NCBI GenBank assembly: GCA_964016885.1
Contig: OZ024743.1
Location: 84,258,001 to 84,322,000 of the forward strand
From: Eledone cirrhosa
Taxonomy: Eukaryota
Direction: 5' to 3'
DNA: 64,000 nt
Below, one piece after another: positions 24,373-37,430 of this stretch. The notes beneath the pieces are model-generated. The model was not told where the DNA came from. It worked only from the letters and a program-made list of their open reading frames with translations, and ran no database searches. A program made the translations under genes and the position numbers. Every line of letters begins with the position of its first letter. The stretch's first letter is position 1.

Positions 24373-25310
24373 ATGTTATGCATTTAGCGAGGTATGGCAG
24401 AAACTGACATCAGTCTAAGTAGTCAGGTACCTGTTGTTATTCTGTCTCATTTCACTGCCACCTGTACAAATCCCTGTCAAATTGAATTTGTAGTTACCTC
24501 TCAGAGAAAACGGATTATTTCCATCTACCATCGAATGATGATCAGGAAATTCCGGGTTTCTTAGCTCATGTTGAATTAGGGCAGTGTTAACAATGGATTC
24601 CTCACACACACACATAATTGTGTGTCTGTAATCAGGTACTTCTGTCTGCTTATTCATTATAGTTTCAATATATATATTGTGTATCATCATCACCATTTTA
24701 TGTCCATTTTTCCATGCCAGCATGTTGTTGAATGATGTGTATATATATATATATCAGCATTCTCTGTTTTTCTATCCTATCCTAGGTTAGACAGGTTGAT
24801 ACAAACCAAGTTAGTACTTGACTTGAGTCATTGTCCTCACGGGAAGACCACGGGCTGTGTTTTGATTACGCACATTATGGTTTGGGAATAGTTTCTACAC
24901 CTGGATGCCCTTCCTAGCTCTAATTTTTTTACAAAGAGCATTTGGTGTATTTTATCAAGAGTCCTCTCAGTCCATTGTTGGTATGGATTCTATGGCTGGG
25001 TATCTGGAGGAATTTTATCATAGGTCACAGGTGTCGAGGAATTGGTGCTATCAACTCTTTGTTTGGCATGGATTCTGTTGCTGGATGCTCTTTCTAACAT
25101 TATCAATAAAGAGATTGTCAGGTCATTAACTTGACCACAGGCCCTTCCCTATCTTATATTACCTGATTGAATGAATGTCAACCATTTCACTGAAAGTATT
25201 GAGTGCATTTTATGGAGTGGGGATAGGTGATGGTGGAACAGGGATGTATAAAGGGAATGGTGAGAAAATAGAACTGATGTAAAGGTGTTTGTGTGTGGTG
25301 TGTATGTATG

Positions 25311-25345
<35 letters not shown>

Positions 25346-28300
25346 GACTCTTCTGTTGCTTCAAGGGCAATTAACCTCCCTTGTGTTGGCACCATGACAT
25401 GGTGTGGCTCCTGGTTTGTCTGAAAAATCAGTAGCTCCAATTAAGTACTGACTTGGGGACAACTCATCCAACTCCTGCTAGTAGGGAAAAATAGATATTA
25501 AATGATGGTGATACTTAAAGATAAGTCAACCCCCTATTTAATGTCTGAGAAATGGGCAAAAATCCAGGCCCTGTGTTTAATTCTCATGAGTGGAGAGTAT
25601 ATTTATGAAGTTTCAATATTTTGATATTTAAAGTGTTTTAAGTGTCATTTAGAATATACTTTTTGTTTCACAACTCCATTGCGTACCAATTTCCAACTGT
25701 TTTTGAAGGCATTATTCAAAACGCACCAAAAAAAAAAAAGTTTCACCTCCAGAGCAAATATATTTTTGCTCCTCATTTACTTAGAATTTGAAGTTGGTGA
25801 AAATCAGCAAAACATTGACTGCAAATATAAGCTTGACCTCACCCTCTTACCTTGGGTTTTTTGTCACATATTTTTTAGCTTATATAGGAGTATATAGATA
25901 TCATTTATCCAGTTTAGAATAAGTATACCATATTCCTGCATATCATAAGAGTCGCTTCTGTGTCATGGGGCCTGTAAAGCTAACATCTTTAGCTGGGAAA
26001 ATGTCCTACACAAGGTTGTCAGCTACTCTCTGGTTTTGTATCTGTTAAGCATTCTTCAGACCTTGATGGTGTTAGATTGTGAGTAAAATAAGAAACCTGT
26101 ATAGTAAGTAAGGTGTGGCCTGTGACAACAGAGGACTTACACAAGCTTTAAGTATTTGACTAACTTTCTTTTCACTGAATCCTCTTATGTTCCCATACTG
26201 TAGATTTTGAAGTTACTATGGTTGGGTTATTTGCATCAGAGAACTCTAGGAGAGTTCTACCCTCTTCATTCAATGTTCCATAATTATAACTTTCATATAC
26301 ATCAGAATAGCAATCATGGTGTTACTCAGCATGTCCACTGTTTTAAATAGCTTATTGTTAAGACTTTCATAGAAACAGTCCTTCAGTTTATATGTTAATC
26401 TTGATTGTAGTAGATTTTAGAGATGTGTGTGAAGGTTTTCCAAAGTTATGTAGTCTAATGGGCATTTAGGAATAGATGAACAACTAATGAGTACAGCAAT
26501 AAATTTAGTGTTCTCATCCTTCTCTTTATTACAGTCCTAGTCATAACTGGTTACGTATGCGTGTGACAGATGCACAGGAATAGTCAATAATAAAAGTACT
26601 TAGAGAAATTAACTCCCTTGTGCTCGGATGGTTTTCTAGAAGTAATAGAAAGCTTTTGTCATCTAGGGGATCTCATTAGAGGTGGAAGAAGTTTGGTGAG
26701 CTGGTGGGAGATGATGGTTGTGTTGAAACTGCTATGTTACTTAGCAGTGAGGTATCAGCTTTGAATGGAGGTTTCCACTAGCTAAAATGAAATGAGACAT
26801 GCATGCTTTGCTAGATGTGTGTAATGTTAGTGTATATGATTGTCAGAGCAGAAGTGAACTAAGACAAAAGTTAAGTATAAGAGGACTTGAAAGTGACATG
26901 CAAGAGAGGTGATTGCACTGGTACAGTCATGTGATGTACAAGCGTGTGGAAGGGGAAGACATGACACGAGATGACACAGGACAGAGCTGACTAGCAATAT
27001 ACTATAATACAGCAAGCACTACATTAAATGTAGCAAGAGGCAGGAGACAACATAAGGTGGAAAGGTGTCATAATAGAATGTACATGATACCTAGCAGCCC
27101 CTGTAAAATGGTGGGTGAACAGAGACAACATAGAATAGAGAGGCTCTCTGGTCCTCTCTAAAGTGCATCTAGTACATTCTGTAAAGGTGGTTGGCATTAG
27201 GGAGGACATCGAGCCATAGAAACCAAGCTGAATGTGGTACATAGCAGATGAGGTATCTCTGAACAACCTGTCCAACCAATGCCAGCATAGAATGTGGACA
27301 TAAAATGATGATATATATGTGTATGTATATAATACATTCTGTATAAACATGTATGTATGTAATCTTAGCAGGTCGATGACAAATATCTGCAGCACATTCA
27401 TTTTCCTGGGGGAAATTGTTTAACTTTTTGGGAATACAAAAAAAAACCGTCTTCTGATTCCAGTGTAGGTGTTTAGCAGTAATTTGTGAGTATTTGACTC
27501 CATTTGAGGTTGGCAGACTATTTCTTGGGTAAATGTTGTCAGATGTGAACATATTTATTTCCTCAGCTTTTCTCTCTGCAGACTCAGAAAACAAATTCTT
27601 CCAATGAAAATATTTAATATAGAATCTATCAATTCCATGGGATTATCAACATTATTAATACTGGCCTTTTCTTCCTTTATCTGCCATTTTGTAAAAAAGA
27701 ATTTCTAATATATCTTTCCTTCTGATATTTGGGAGTCTCATTGAGAAAAAGTCAGACAATTTAGTAGAACTGAATATGTCGCATTCGGCATCTCTAACTG
27801 CCCAAAATAGGGTCTGCAATGTTTATAAATAGAAAACCAAAGTCTTTGCTTCAATATTTTTTCTAATTTCCTTTGTTCTGTACATTATTGATTCTACATC
27901 ACATTTTTAGAAGTTAAATTTAGATACTGACCATATTCCATGCCTTTATTGAAATAGTTGTAGTTGCTGGGTTAAAGGATTGTTTAAGGTCCAACATTCT
28001 TTTTGTTTTTTAATGTCAACCTAACTCGGATACTAATATCTCTCTCCTTCCTCCATCGAACAATAATACAAACAAGCAAAGACCTTCGTTTAACAAATTG
28101 TTTCCATTTGTGAATTTTTGGTAAATTTGTCAATGTTATATTTTTATCCAAATTTCAAGCTGTGATATTTGTCATCTGCAAAAATTTATCATTGTAGTTG
28201 TGGTAGTTTGCAGAATTTCACAAATATGAGAAACCTGACCCTATTACAGTGAGGCTACTCCCAAAACTTAGCTCTATTATAATAAGGCTATCTTTGCTCC

Positions 28301-31289
28301 CCACCCCCCTCTAAAAGAAAAAAACCCTGGCCTTGTTATAGTAAAGCTACCCTTGCTCCTTCTCCCCACCCCAAATAAAATGGGCCCCATTACAGTAAGG
28401 CTACATTAGCCAACACAAAATATATTACAGAAAATCATTTTCAAAAATTTTAAACTAAACTGAAACCAAAAAGATAAAAACAATAACAAAAAAAAAACCT
28501 TTAAAGTTCTATTTTTACACATTTTGATGGCTGAAGAATGTATGTGTGAAGTTTGACTGAAGACAGGGTCTTGCTCTGTTGAAGGTATCATGTAATAGTG
28601 GTGGTGGAAGATTGAGGCATACAAGCAGCTGTTCACTATGCTATTGTGACATTAAACTATGTAAGCCACATTCTGTGTCTCTCTTATTTATTTTATCAAC
28701 ATTAAATCCGGTTTTGCTGTTACATTCAATATGTTGAATTACAACAGTGCATGTATATATTGACCCCCATAACTCCTGAGGAAGGGGTGTATCTTGGACA
28801 TTTTCTTTATAACCTGGCAGAACCCATTCCTCTTTCAGAAAAGGAGAAAGAGATATAGAGGAATAATCAACCCCAGTACTGGTACTTTTTTTTTTCTTTC
28901 GTTAATTTTAATGACCCCGAAAGAATAAATACGTTGATCTCAGTGTGCTGAAACAAATACCACAAAGCATTTTAGTAAAAGAGATTCCTAGATAAATTTC
29001 AGCAACCCTAATGTTAGCATAATTCTAATGAAAGACACTGCCTGTAATTTCTGAAAACAAACAATTGGAGGAATTTAGTAAACTTGTCTTTGGAATATAA
29101 CTAACCTTTTTGATACCAAACTTCCTTAAACTGCTCCAGGTTCTATTTTTTTTATGTAAGAAAGTTATGTTCCAAATGCCAGCTAAATAAGGATTTTTAA
29201 TTTAGGCACAAGGCCAACAATAACTAAATGCCACAAAGATTTTGAAAATCCAAAGTTATATTACAAAACCACTCCAAATTGTTTGAAAAGCAAAGTCTTT
29301 CATTAGAAATACAGTAACAAATGGGTTAACGAAAGTTCATAGGTAAATATAAACACTTTAAAATAACTTTGTCATAGAACCAAGGATAGTTTGGTTCTAT
29401 CAAAAGGGTTACTGAAATGAAATGAAATGAAATGAAAGAAATTTTTAAAATTCCATCTTCAGCAAATGGTAAGCACAGAGAGAAAATATTGAAGTCTAAA
29501 ATTGATATTTATTGTAATTGGAGAGGTTGTTTGTAGATTTAGATTCTTTTATAATGTAGTGTAAACTTGTAGGGTCTTTTATAGTATAGATTACCAATTG
29601 ATAGTGGAATTGTTAGCGAGAGGAAGAGCTCTCTTAACATTTATATTACCAACTGAGAGCGACTTGTTAGAAAGAGAGTTCTTTCTCTTCTAACAGATAT
29701 AGGAGAGATGAGCTCTCTTTTTTACATTTGACTAGAGGGGGATGAATTGTTAAAAGATACAGGAATGACAGTAAAAGACTTCTTTCTCATATTTCCATAA
29801 TATAGATTGGCAGATAAATTAATTACATTGCTCAGCTCAGAATTTAAGGAGGTAAAGTCAATTTTTGCGATACCATTCAGTTCTAAAGAGGAGATTCATG
29901 GTTTTGTTAAAGGACTGCAGAATATTAGTAACAAATGAAAAGAAATAGAATGGTTTCTAATTTAGGCACAAGGCCAGCAATTTCAGGGAAAGAAATAGAA
30001 TCGATTATACCAACTGCAGTACTGGACTGATATTTTATCGACCTTGGCAGGATTTGAACTCAGAAAATAGAGCAGTGGAACAAATACTAGTAAACATTTG
30101 TCCAATGTTTTAATGATTCTGCCAATCCACTACTGTCAGGGGGGAAAAAGAATGAAAATTAGAGAGAGTGGGCTATTGGAGAGTTCACAGTTGATATGTT
30201 AAGTATAAGAGAGTAGAATATAGTTTGATAGTATAGAGTCAATATTATGTGAAGTGGAAGAGAGAGATGTAGATTGTTGTTGAAGAGTTTACAGTGAAGA
30301 AGGTGAGAGAGAGTAGTTACTGTTTAACAGGCCTTTCTCTTCCATGAAATATGTGGTGGAAGACAACTAAATTAGAATTGCAACTAAAACCTATATATTT
30401 AGGGTGGTCAATTTTGTTTCAATGTTTGCATGTAGTAGTAGTTCAACAGATTTTGGACATGATTCCATTCTATGCCACTTAGAATAACAATTATAACAAC
30501 ATTATCTAGAATCTGTAACACGAGGGATTGAGGTGGGAACAATAAGCCTGGCGTTACTAACGGTTCAATTCTCAACAAAATGGATTTTTTTTTTTTTTTT
30601 AGGAACTGACATTATTATTTTGGAGATATATATATCAAATGTGACAGGAACAGAATGAAAAGGAGAGAAGACAAAAACCAAAACAATATTTTCAAGTACA
30701 GTAGGGGGGGGGGGGGGGGGTCATATAAGAGATGCTTGAAAGATTTTTAGTAGGCAGAAATGCTGAGTTGAAAGTACCTGTGGGTAGTTTTCAAGACTAG
30801 ATGAGGTGTATACATATATGTACAGACACATTATAGACAGTTTCAATACTAGTGAGGTGTATACACACTTTCAACACTAGAGATACATATGCGTAGCTGA
30901 CAGCTTCTATTCAACACTACAGAGGTATATATATATATATACACATACATGTTTATACAAATGTAGACACTATGGACATTAGAGGTACATATATAGACAG
31001 TACCAACATTAAGGAGTATATATATACACACATGTGGGCAGTTTTACCTGACCTATGGTCAGTATGAAGACAAAGAGAACAGATGACAGTCCAACAAAAT
31101 CACCATGACGACTGTTGCCAAGATAGTAAAAAGAAAAAAACAAGTGAAGTATTAAATAAAAAGAAAATCAAGCTGAACAACAGATTTACAAGGTCAGATG
31201 ATAATCTAAATAGATTAGACAACAATATCTGAAACAGTTGTAATCAAGTCTTCCCAAACATCTGTGTGTTTTTATATATTCTCTGTCCT

Positions 31290-31555
31290 CTGCTACAGGG
31301 GAGGAAAAGGGACCCTGACATGGAAGGTTGCTACAGAGGAGCAGGAGGGGGGGAGGGCCTTGACATGAAATATTGCTAAAGACGAGGAGAGCCCTAACAT
31401 GAAAGGTTTCTACAGAGAAAAATGAGGCCCTAACACGAGATGTTGCAACAGCGGAAGAGTAGGGGTGTTGTTACAGAGGAAGGGGAGAGCGGAGTCCTTG
31501 ACATGAAATGTTGCTACAGAGGAGGGAGGGAAATCCTTGACAGGGGATGTTGTTT
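31290..31555. repeat. Degenerate ~40-bp tandem repeat in the MIB1 3' UTR
   Basis: About 7 copies of tgttgctacagagga...ccttgacatgaaa. Confidence 0.75.
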
Positions 31556-31564
31556 TGATGTCAA

Positions 31565-31705
31565 TCAGTAGAGAAGGATTCGTTTTTCGACGGCCTTGCG
31601 ACATATTGGACACTCGGCCATTCGGTCACCACACATTTGACAGGTCCCATGGCCACACAGGAATATCATGTTCTTTAGCCGATCCATGCAAACTGGACAG
31701 CAAGT
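31565..31705 (-). CDS. MIB1: MIB1 last coding exon, C-terminal RING3 (not in the ORF track)
   Basis: tttcag|[46 protein letters not shown], near-identical to the human MIB1 C-terminus as recalled. Confidence 0.96.
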   Translation of the reverse strand, partial: TCCPVCMDRLKNMIFLCGHGTCQMCGDRMAECPICRKAVEKRILLY

Positions 31706-33099
31706 CTGAAATAGAAAACAAAGAATTAAAACCTAGTAAAGAGGAAAACAATTCTAGAATTAAGACTAGTGGGTTTCTCTCTATGAACAAAAGGTCAGCT
31801 GTGTGATGTTGCATAATAGTGAGGCAGAGGACATGTGAAGGCTGGAGAGAAATGAAGTGAACATGCTTCGATTGATGTGCAACATTAATATCTGTGAATG
31901 ATGAACTGAGGCAAAAACTGGGTATAAGAGGAATCAGGCATAGTGTGTGGACATGTGATGTGTACCAAGGATAATTGTTGGATAAAGAAGTGACAAGAAA
32001 TCCAATTGGAAGGTAACTACAGTAGAGGAAGACCTGATCAATTGCTAAAGCTCACAGGAGATGACAAAAGAATGCAGCAAATGGAAGGATGTTGTTTTGA
32101 AAAAGACCTGCCTAATCCATACAAACATGGAAAAGGGGATGTTAAATGATTATGATAATGATATGCTCTGAGTCACTTCAGCCACAAATCCCAGTACCAC
32201 AACCTGCAATGCAGAGGACAGGAAGACAAGCAAATGCTGGGGTTTGTCTGGCCACTTCCTTGGACCCCATACAGCTGAGCTCCTCCATAAAATTAGAACA
32301 TAAGGAGCCACATGAGGTGGGGTGGCTGTTGCAGCGGGTGTCACTGGCCATTGCCCATGGAAATGCTTTTGCAGTTTTGTCCGTGGGTAGCAGACAAAAC
32401 ACCACCCCGACCTAGGCATAGAGCCTCTCATCCTCACCCCTTCCCCCTCCCTTTCTACCGTAGCCTATTTTGCCCTTGCTCTTTCCCTCCTTTTCTTCTC
32501 ATTTATAGGCCTTTCCTTTACTATACAGCCAGACCTGCCCTTCTTTACCCCTTCTCCCCTTAATTAGATAATTAATTATGAAAACTTAAATAATTTAAAT
32601 AAACAGTACTGTATCATAAAACTAGGGTCTGTTTGGTATAAAAAAATTGTTGCCACCTTTGATATGGGTGCTTGTCACTCAATGACAGATTGGCAACTGA
32701 CACAGTATGAGCAGAGTAAGCTCCCTTTATACAGGACTACACTACAATGTTAACGTCTTCAGGCAATGCTATCCAGTTTATAGCATCACATCCATTGGGT
32801 AATGCTATAATATTCATTTCTAGACACAAGGCCAGCAAAGGTGATTAAATCAACCCCAGTACTTGATTGGAATTTTATTTTATCAACTCAGGAAGAATGA
32901 CAGGCAAAGTTAACCTTGGTGGGATTTGAACTCAGAATAAATATTGCAATGGTATTTTATCCAATGTTCAACTAATTCTGCCAATTCACAAGCATTTAAT
33001 GATGGTATAATATTGATTTCTAATTTAGATACATGGCCAATAAAATTGATTAAATCAACCCCAGTACATGACTGGTACTTTATTTTATCAACCCAGAAG

Positions 33100-33485
33100 G
33101 ATGAAAGAATACAAGCGGCTGAAATGGAGTTCTTCTGAAGGGTCTCTGGAGTAACATTGCTTGACAGAGTGCATTGCTCAGAGATCAGAGAGTCACTCCA
33201 CATAGAGTCGCTATTACTTCAAATTGAGAGATCACAGCTCCAATATTACGGGCAGGTGGTGAGAATGTCTCAGGAAAGATTTTATGGATAAAACCAATGG
33301 GCAGGAGACCCAGAGGTAGACCCCGAGAAATATGGTTGGATAACATCCATGAGTTTGGCTGGTCTTGCTTGGAGATCCAGTCGGATCAGTTGGAAATGGT
33401 TAATTCTGACAGGACCTGCTGGAAGGAGTGTTTGAGGACTCTGCCCCAACAACCCTCTCAGGAATAAGTGGGCAAAGAAGAGAAG
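33100..33485 (+). mobile_element. RTE-type LINE 3' fragment
   Basis: ERIQAAEMEFF*RVSG...QLQYYGQVVRM...GRRPRGRPR..WLDNI. Confidence 0.8.
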
Positions 33486-33528
33486 GACGAAAGGCAAAGT
33501 TGACAGACAGACAAACAGAGTATCTTAC

Positions 33529-33632
33529 CTGGTCTTTGATATCCTGTAGTTGTTGTTGCAGTTTCTGTATATCCCGGGATAAATCTCTAGAGCCATTGTT
33601 CATGACACCAATTGGTTGCGGAATTGGTGGGG
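33529..33632 (-). CDS. MIB1: MIB1 coiled-coil exon
   Basis: ttgtag|...CCAG|gtaaga, phase 1/0. ...DIQKLQQQLQDIKDQ (human DVQKLQQQLQDIKEQ). Confidence 0.94.
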
Positions 33633-34326
33633 CTACAACAACAACAATATATAACTGTTGTTAGTACTGTATTAGGTGGTCACCCCCTTCAGTATATATA
33701 CACACACACATACTAGTGGATGTATATATATTCAAACTGCTCACAGAATACATGAAAAAACATTTTTTAAATATTTGATAAGATTATTATACCAATCAAA
33801 ACCAGTTATATTTAATGCAACAATTATAAAATTATTCATTGTCGGATTATAGAAAAAAATGTGCATTTTCACCTTCAATTTTTAACTAAGAGATGTCAAC
33901 ATGAATGGATCTGTTTTCAATTTTTTCCAATTCCATCCTGCCCATCCCCTAAATCTATCTTATTTCTCATACTTTCTTCTAATGAAGGACTAGCATCCAA
34001 AACGTTAAGACCCACTTCCTGCTATATCAAGCGTTAACCTAATACTGTACCGATTGTGTTGTTATTTCTGTTTACCTTTTACACACACACACACACGCAC
34101 GCATATATATATATATATGTATATATATACACATCATCATTATCATATATATATACATACACACACAGGCGTATGTAACGTAATCATCATTTATATGTTA
34201 AACCCTCCAGTATTCCGATGATTTGTAAGGTCGAGTGACACAACTTTGAGTGATTAGCAGCCTTTAGATTCACCTGATCAATGAAACAATTGTTAATACT
34301 ATAAATAAAACCCTTGTTGTACAGTG

Positions 34327-34362
<36 letters not shown>

Positions 34363-34398
34363 AATATACAGAACAATATAGATAGAATATATACTTAC

Positions 34399-34485
34399 GG
34401 TTGCCACCACAACAAACAATGAAAGGAACAGTTTTCTCGATCTGTGTTCTACACTGGACACATTTCTTCATTAAGGCGGCACAGC
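34399..34485 (-). CDS. MIB1: MIB1 RING2, second half
   Basis: tatcag|...AACC|gtaagt, phase 1/1. [28 protein letters not shown]. Confidence 0.94.
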
Positions 34486-34574
34486 CTGATAACGAGAGTG
34501 AGTCATGAATTACCTTCTACTATTAGCAGAATGACGGTATTTGGTGTCTAACAGACAACAACACATAGCAAAAA

Positions 34575-34990
34575 TACAGTAGGTCAAAGGTTGCACAGTG
34601 ACATATGTGACCACAGTAGAAAACATGCTACATACAACCACGCAACCATAATGGGTCAAAGGTCACATACCATCACAATCACAGGTGACCCAACAGATAA
34701 AATGTTACCATGTAAACCACAAGTCAAAGGATGTATACCATCACACACAGACTATAGAAGGTCAAAGGTCACATACTATGACAAGCAGACATGTGACTAT
34801 AGTAGGTCAAAGGTCATATACTATAGCAAACACACATGTGACTACAACAGGTCAAAGGTCACCATCACAAGCACATGTGCCTGTATAAAGTCAAAGGTCA
34901 CATACCACCATAAACACATATGTGACCACAATAAAAGAGTAAGGTGAAATATTACATACCATCACAAGCACACATGTGTCCACAGGGTTT
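34575..34990. repeat. Degenerate 45-bp tandem repeat copying the MIB1 exon end and donor
   Basis: Period 45 (gtcaaaggtc at 34761, 34806 and 34851). The unit matches 34955-35000. Confidence 0.85.
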
Positions 34991-35038
34991 GAAAAGGATG
35001 GAAGCCTTTTTGTCAGAGCAAACCACACATTCTTCAAT
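34960..35038 (-). CDS. MIB1: MIB1 RING2, first half (not in the ORF track)
   Basis: ttccag|[27 protein letters not shown]|gtatgt, phase 0/1. Confidence 0.95.
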
Positions 35039-35545
35039 CTGGAAAGAAATGGAAATATTAGAGAATGCTTATTTAAACTGAAGTGTATGTGATGTGCTAA
35101 ATAAATACATATACACCAGGTCTGAACACAACAGAACCAAATTGCCACTGGCACTGCCTCCCCCCACTCACCCCATCTCTTGACCCACAAACCTGTCGGA
35201 GAGCGACTGATATTTGGAGTGTTTACCCTCCTTGGCCCAAAATGCAGCCGAACCTGGGTTAGTTATCAAGAAGATTACATATGAAAATGGGGGCCCACAT
35301 GCTGGCTGCCTTGTGGCCCCAGTAGCCAAATCCATGCCAATTGTGGTGAGTAGGAGGATGGTCCTAGGGCAAAGGACACCAGAAGTCCCCATTGCTACAG
35401 GCTTGACCACAAACCTGTCGAAGAGGGACCGATATCTGGAAAGTTTACCCTCCTCGTCCCGAAGTACAGCAGAGCCTGGATTAGTTATCAAGAAAATTAC
35501 ATATAAAACAGTTCAACTATTTTGATACCAACTTGGCCAAAACTA

Positions 35546-35797
<252 letters not shown>

Positions 35798-36962
35798 TTA
35801 AAACATGCACAGAAATATGGTAAATGTATATAGATTATAATTCTACAGAGAAGACCCAGCAGGCTCATTGAGATCACCAGAAATATAGTAAATATGTGTG
35901 TGTGTACTATATATGTCTGTGTGTGTGTGTACAGAGAAGAAGACCCAGCAGACATTTTGATGTCACCAGAGATATGGTAAATATATATGTCTATATATAT
36001 ATGTACAAAGAAGACCCAGCAGATTCACTGAGATCCCCAATGAGATTATACACCCATTGTTGCTGGATTCTATTAAGATTAATGGCATTGCCAGGATGCA
36101 AACATTATTGTGCTGTCACTAACTTATCAACACCAAGTGACCTGAATCACTTATTAAGAGATCCTTAAGCAGTATGACTCCAACTTCCAGTCTCCATCTT
36201 GTTTCACTTTTCTCGAAAACACATTTAGAAGTGTTTTCATCTTGAAACTGCTGGTAGTGCAAACTTCCACATGATGTGTTGATTGCTCTTTGTTTTCATT
36301 TGTACCAATAATTGTGTGTGTATATATATAGCTGTGTGTGAAGGCACGTCGCTTAGTGGTTAGAGCATTGAGCTCACAATTGTAAGGTCATGATTTTCAA
36401 TCGCAGACTGGGCTTTGCATTGTGTTCTTGAGCAAGACACTTTATTTCACATTGCTCCAGCTTAGTCAGCTGTAGAAATGAGTTGCAACGTCACTGGTGC
36501 CAAGCTGTAACCACCATCGCCTTTCAGTGGACAACATCAGTGGTGTGGAGAGGAGGAGACTGGCATGATGGAGGGACTGCTGGTCTTCCACAAACACACC
36601 TTGCCCAGACTTGTACCTCGGAGGGGAACTTTGCAGGTGCAAAACCATGGTCATTCATGACCGAAAGGGGGCCTATGACAACTGAGTGATCAGTAGCTCA
36701 GCTTGTATACTGACTCGTCAGTGACAACCTGTTCAAAGCTTTGCTAGCAGGTGTAAACTGCGTGGAAGTCCATGGTGTGCATATTTGTGTCTGTGACTGC
36801 GTTTGCTATTTGTTTATGTCATGTAGCTTAGTGTGGATAAAACAAGTACCAAAATAAGTGCTGGGTTTGATATGATCAACTAAATCCTTCTGAGTCAGTG
36901 TCCCATCTTGGCTACAGTCTGATGACTGAAACCAGTAAAAGAGTAAAAAGGTAGCGCCTTAC

Positions 36963-37144
36963 CTGTTCCTTTCCTTGTGGCACTTAGTAAGGGCCTTGCA
37001 TAAATTAGGGTCTGGACAGAGATCAAGGGGTGACTGACCCTTCTTGTTCTTGATATTTAGGTCTGCCCCACTGGCAGCCAGGAAGCAGGCAATAGAGGCA
37101 CTAGATTTCTTGTCCCCACCTGGGGTCCCTAAACCCATCAGAAG
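36963..37144 (-). CDS. MIB1: MIB1 last ankyrin-region exon
   Basis: ttgcag|[60 protein letters not shown]|gtaagg, phase 0/2. Confidence 0.95.
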
Positions 37145-37311
37145 CTGCAAAGATAACAATAAAAGAAAAAGGTTAGTAAAATAGAAATAACAACTAACTT
37201 TACTATGTTTCCAGGTAGAAATCTTCCTGTTTATATATATATATATATGGTGTTGGTGGTGAAGGGTATGTCAGAGGTTGTTGGGGAGGTGGATATGTTT
37301 TTTTACTAAAT

Positions 37312-37351
<40 letters not shown>

Positions 37352-37393
37352 TATATATGTATATATATTATATATATATATATATATATTATA

Positions 37394-37430
<37 letters not shown>

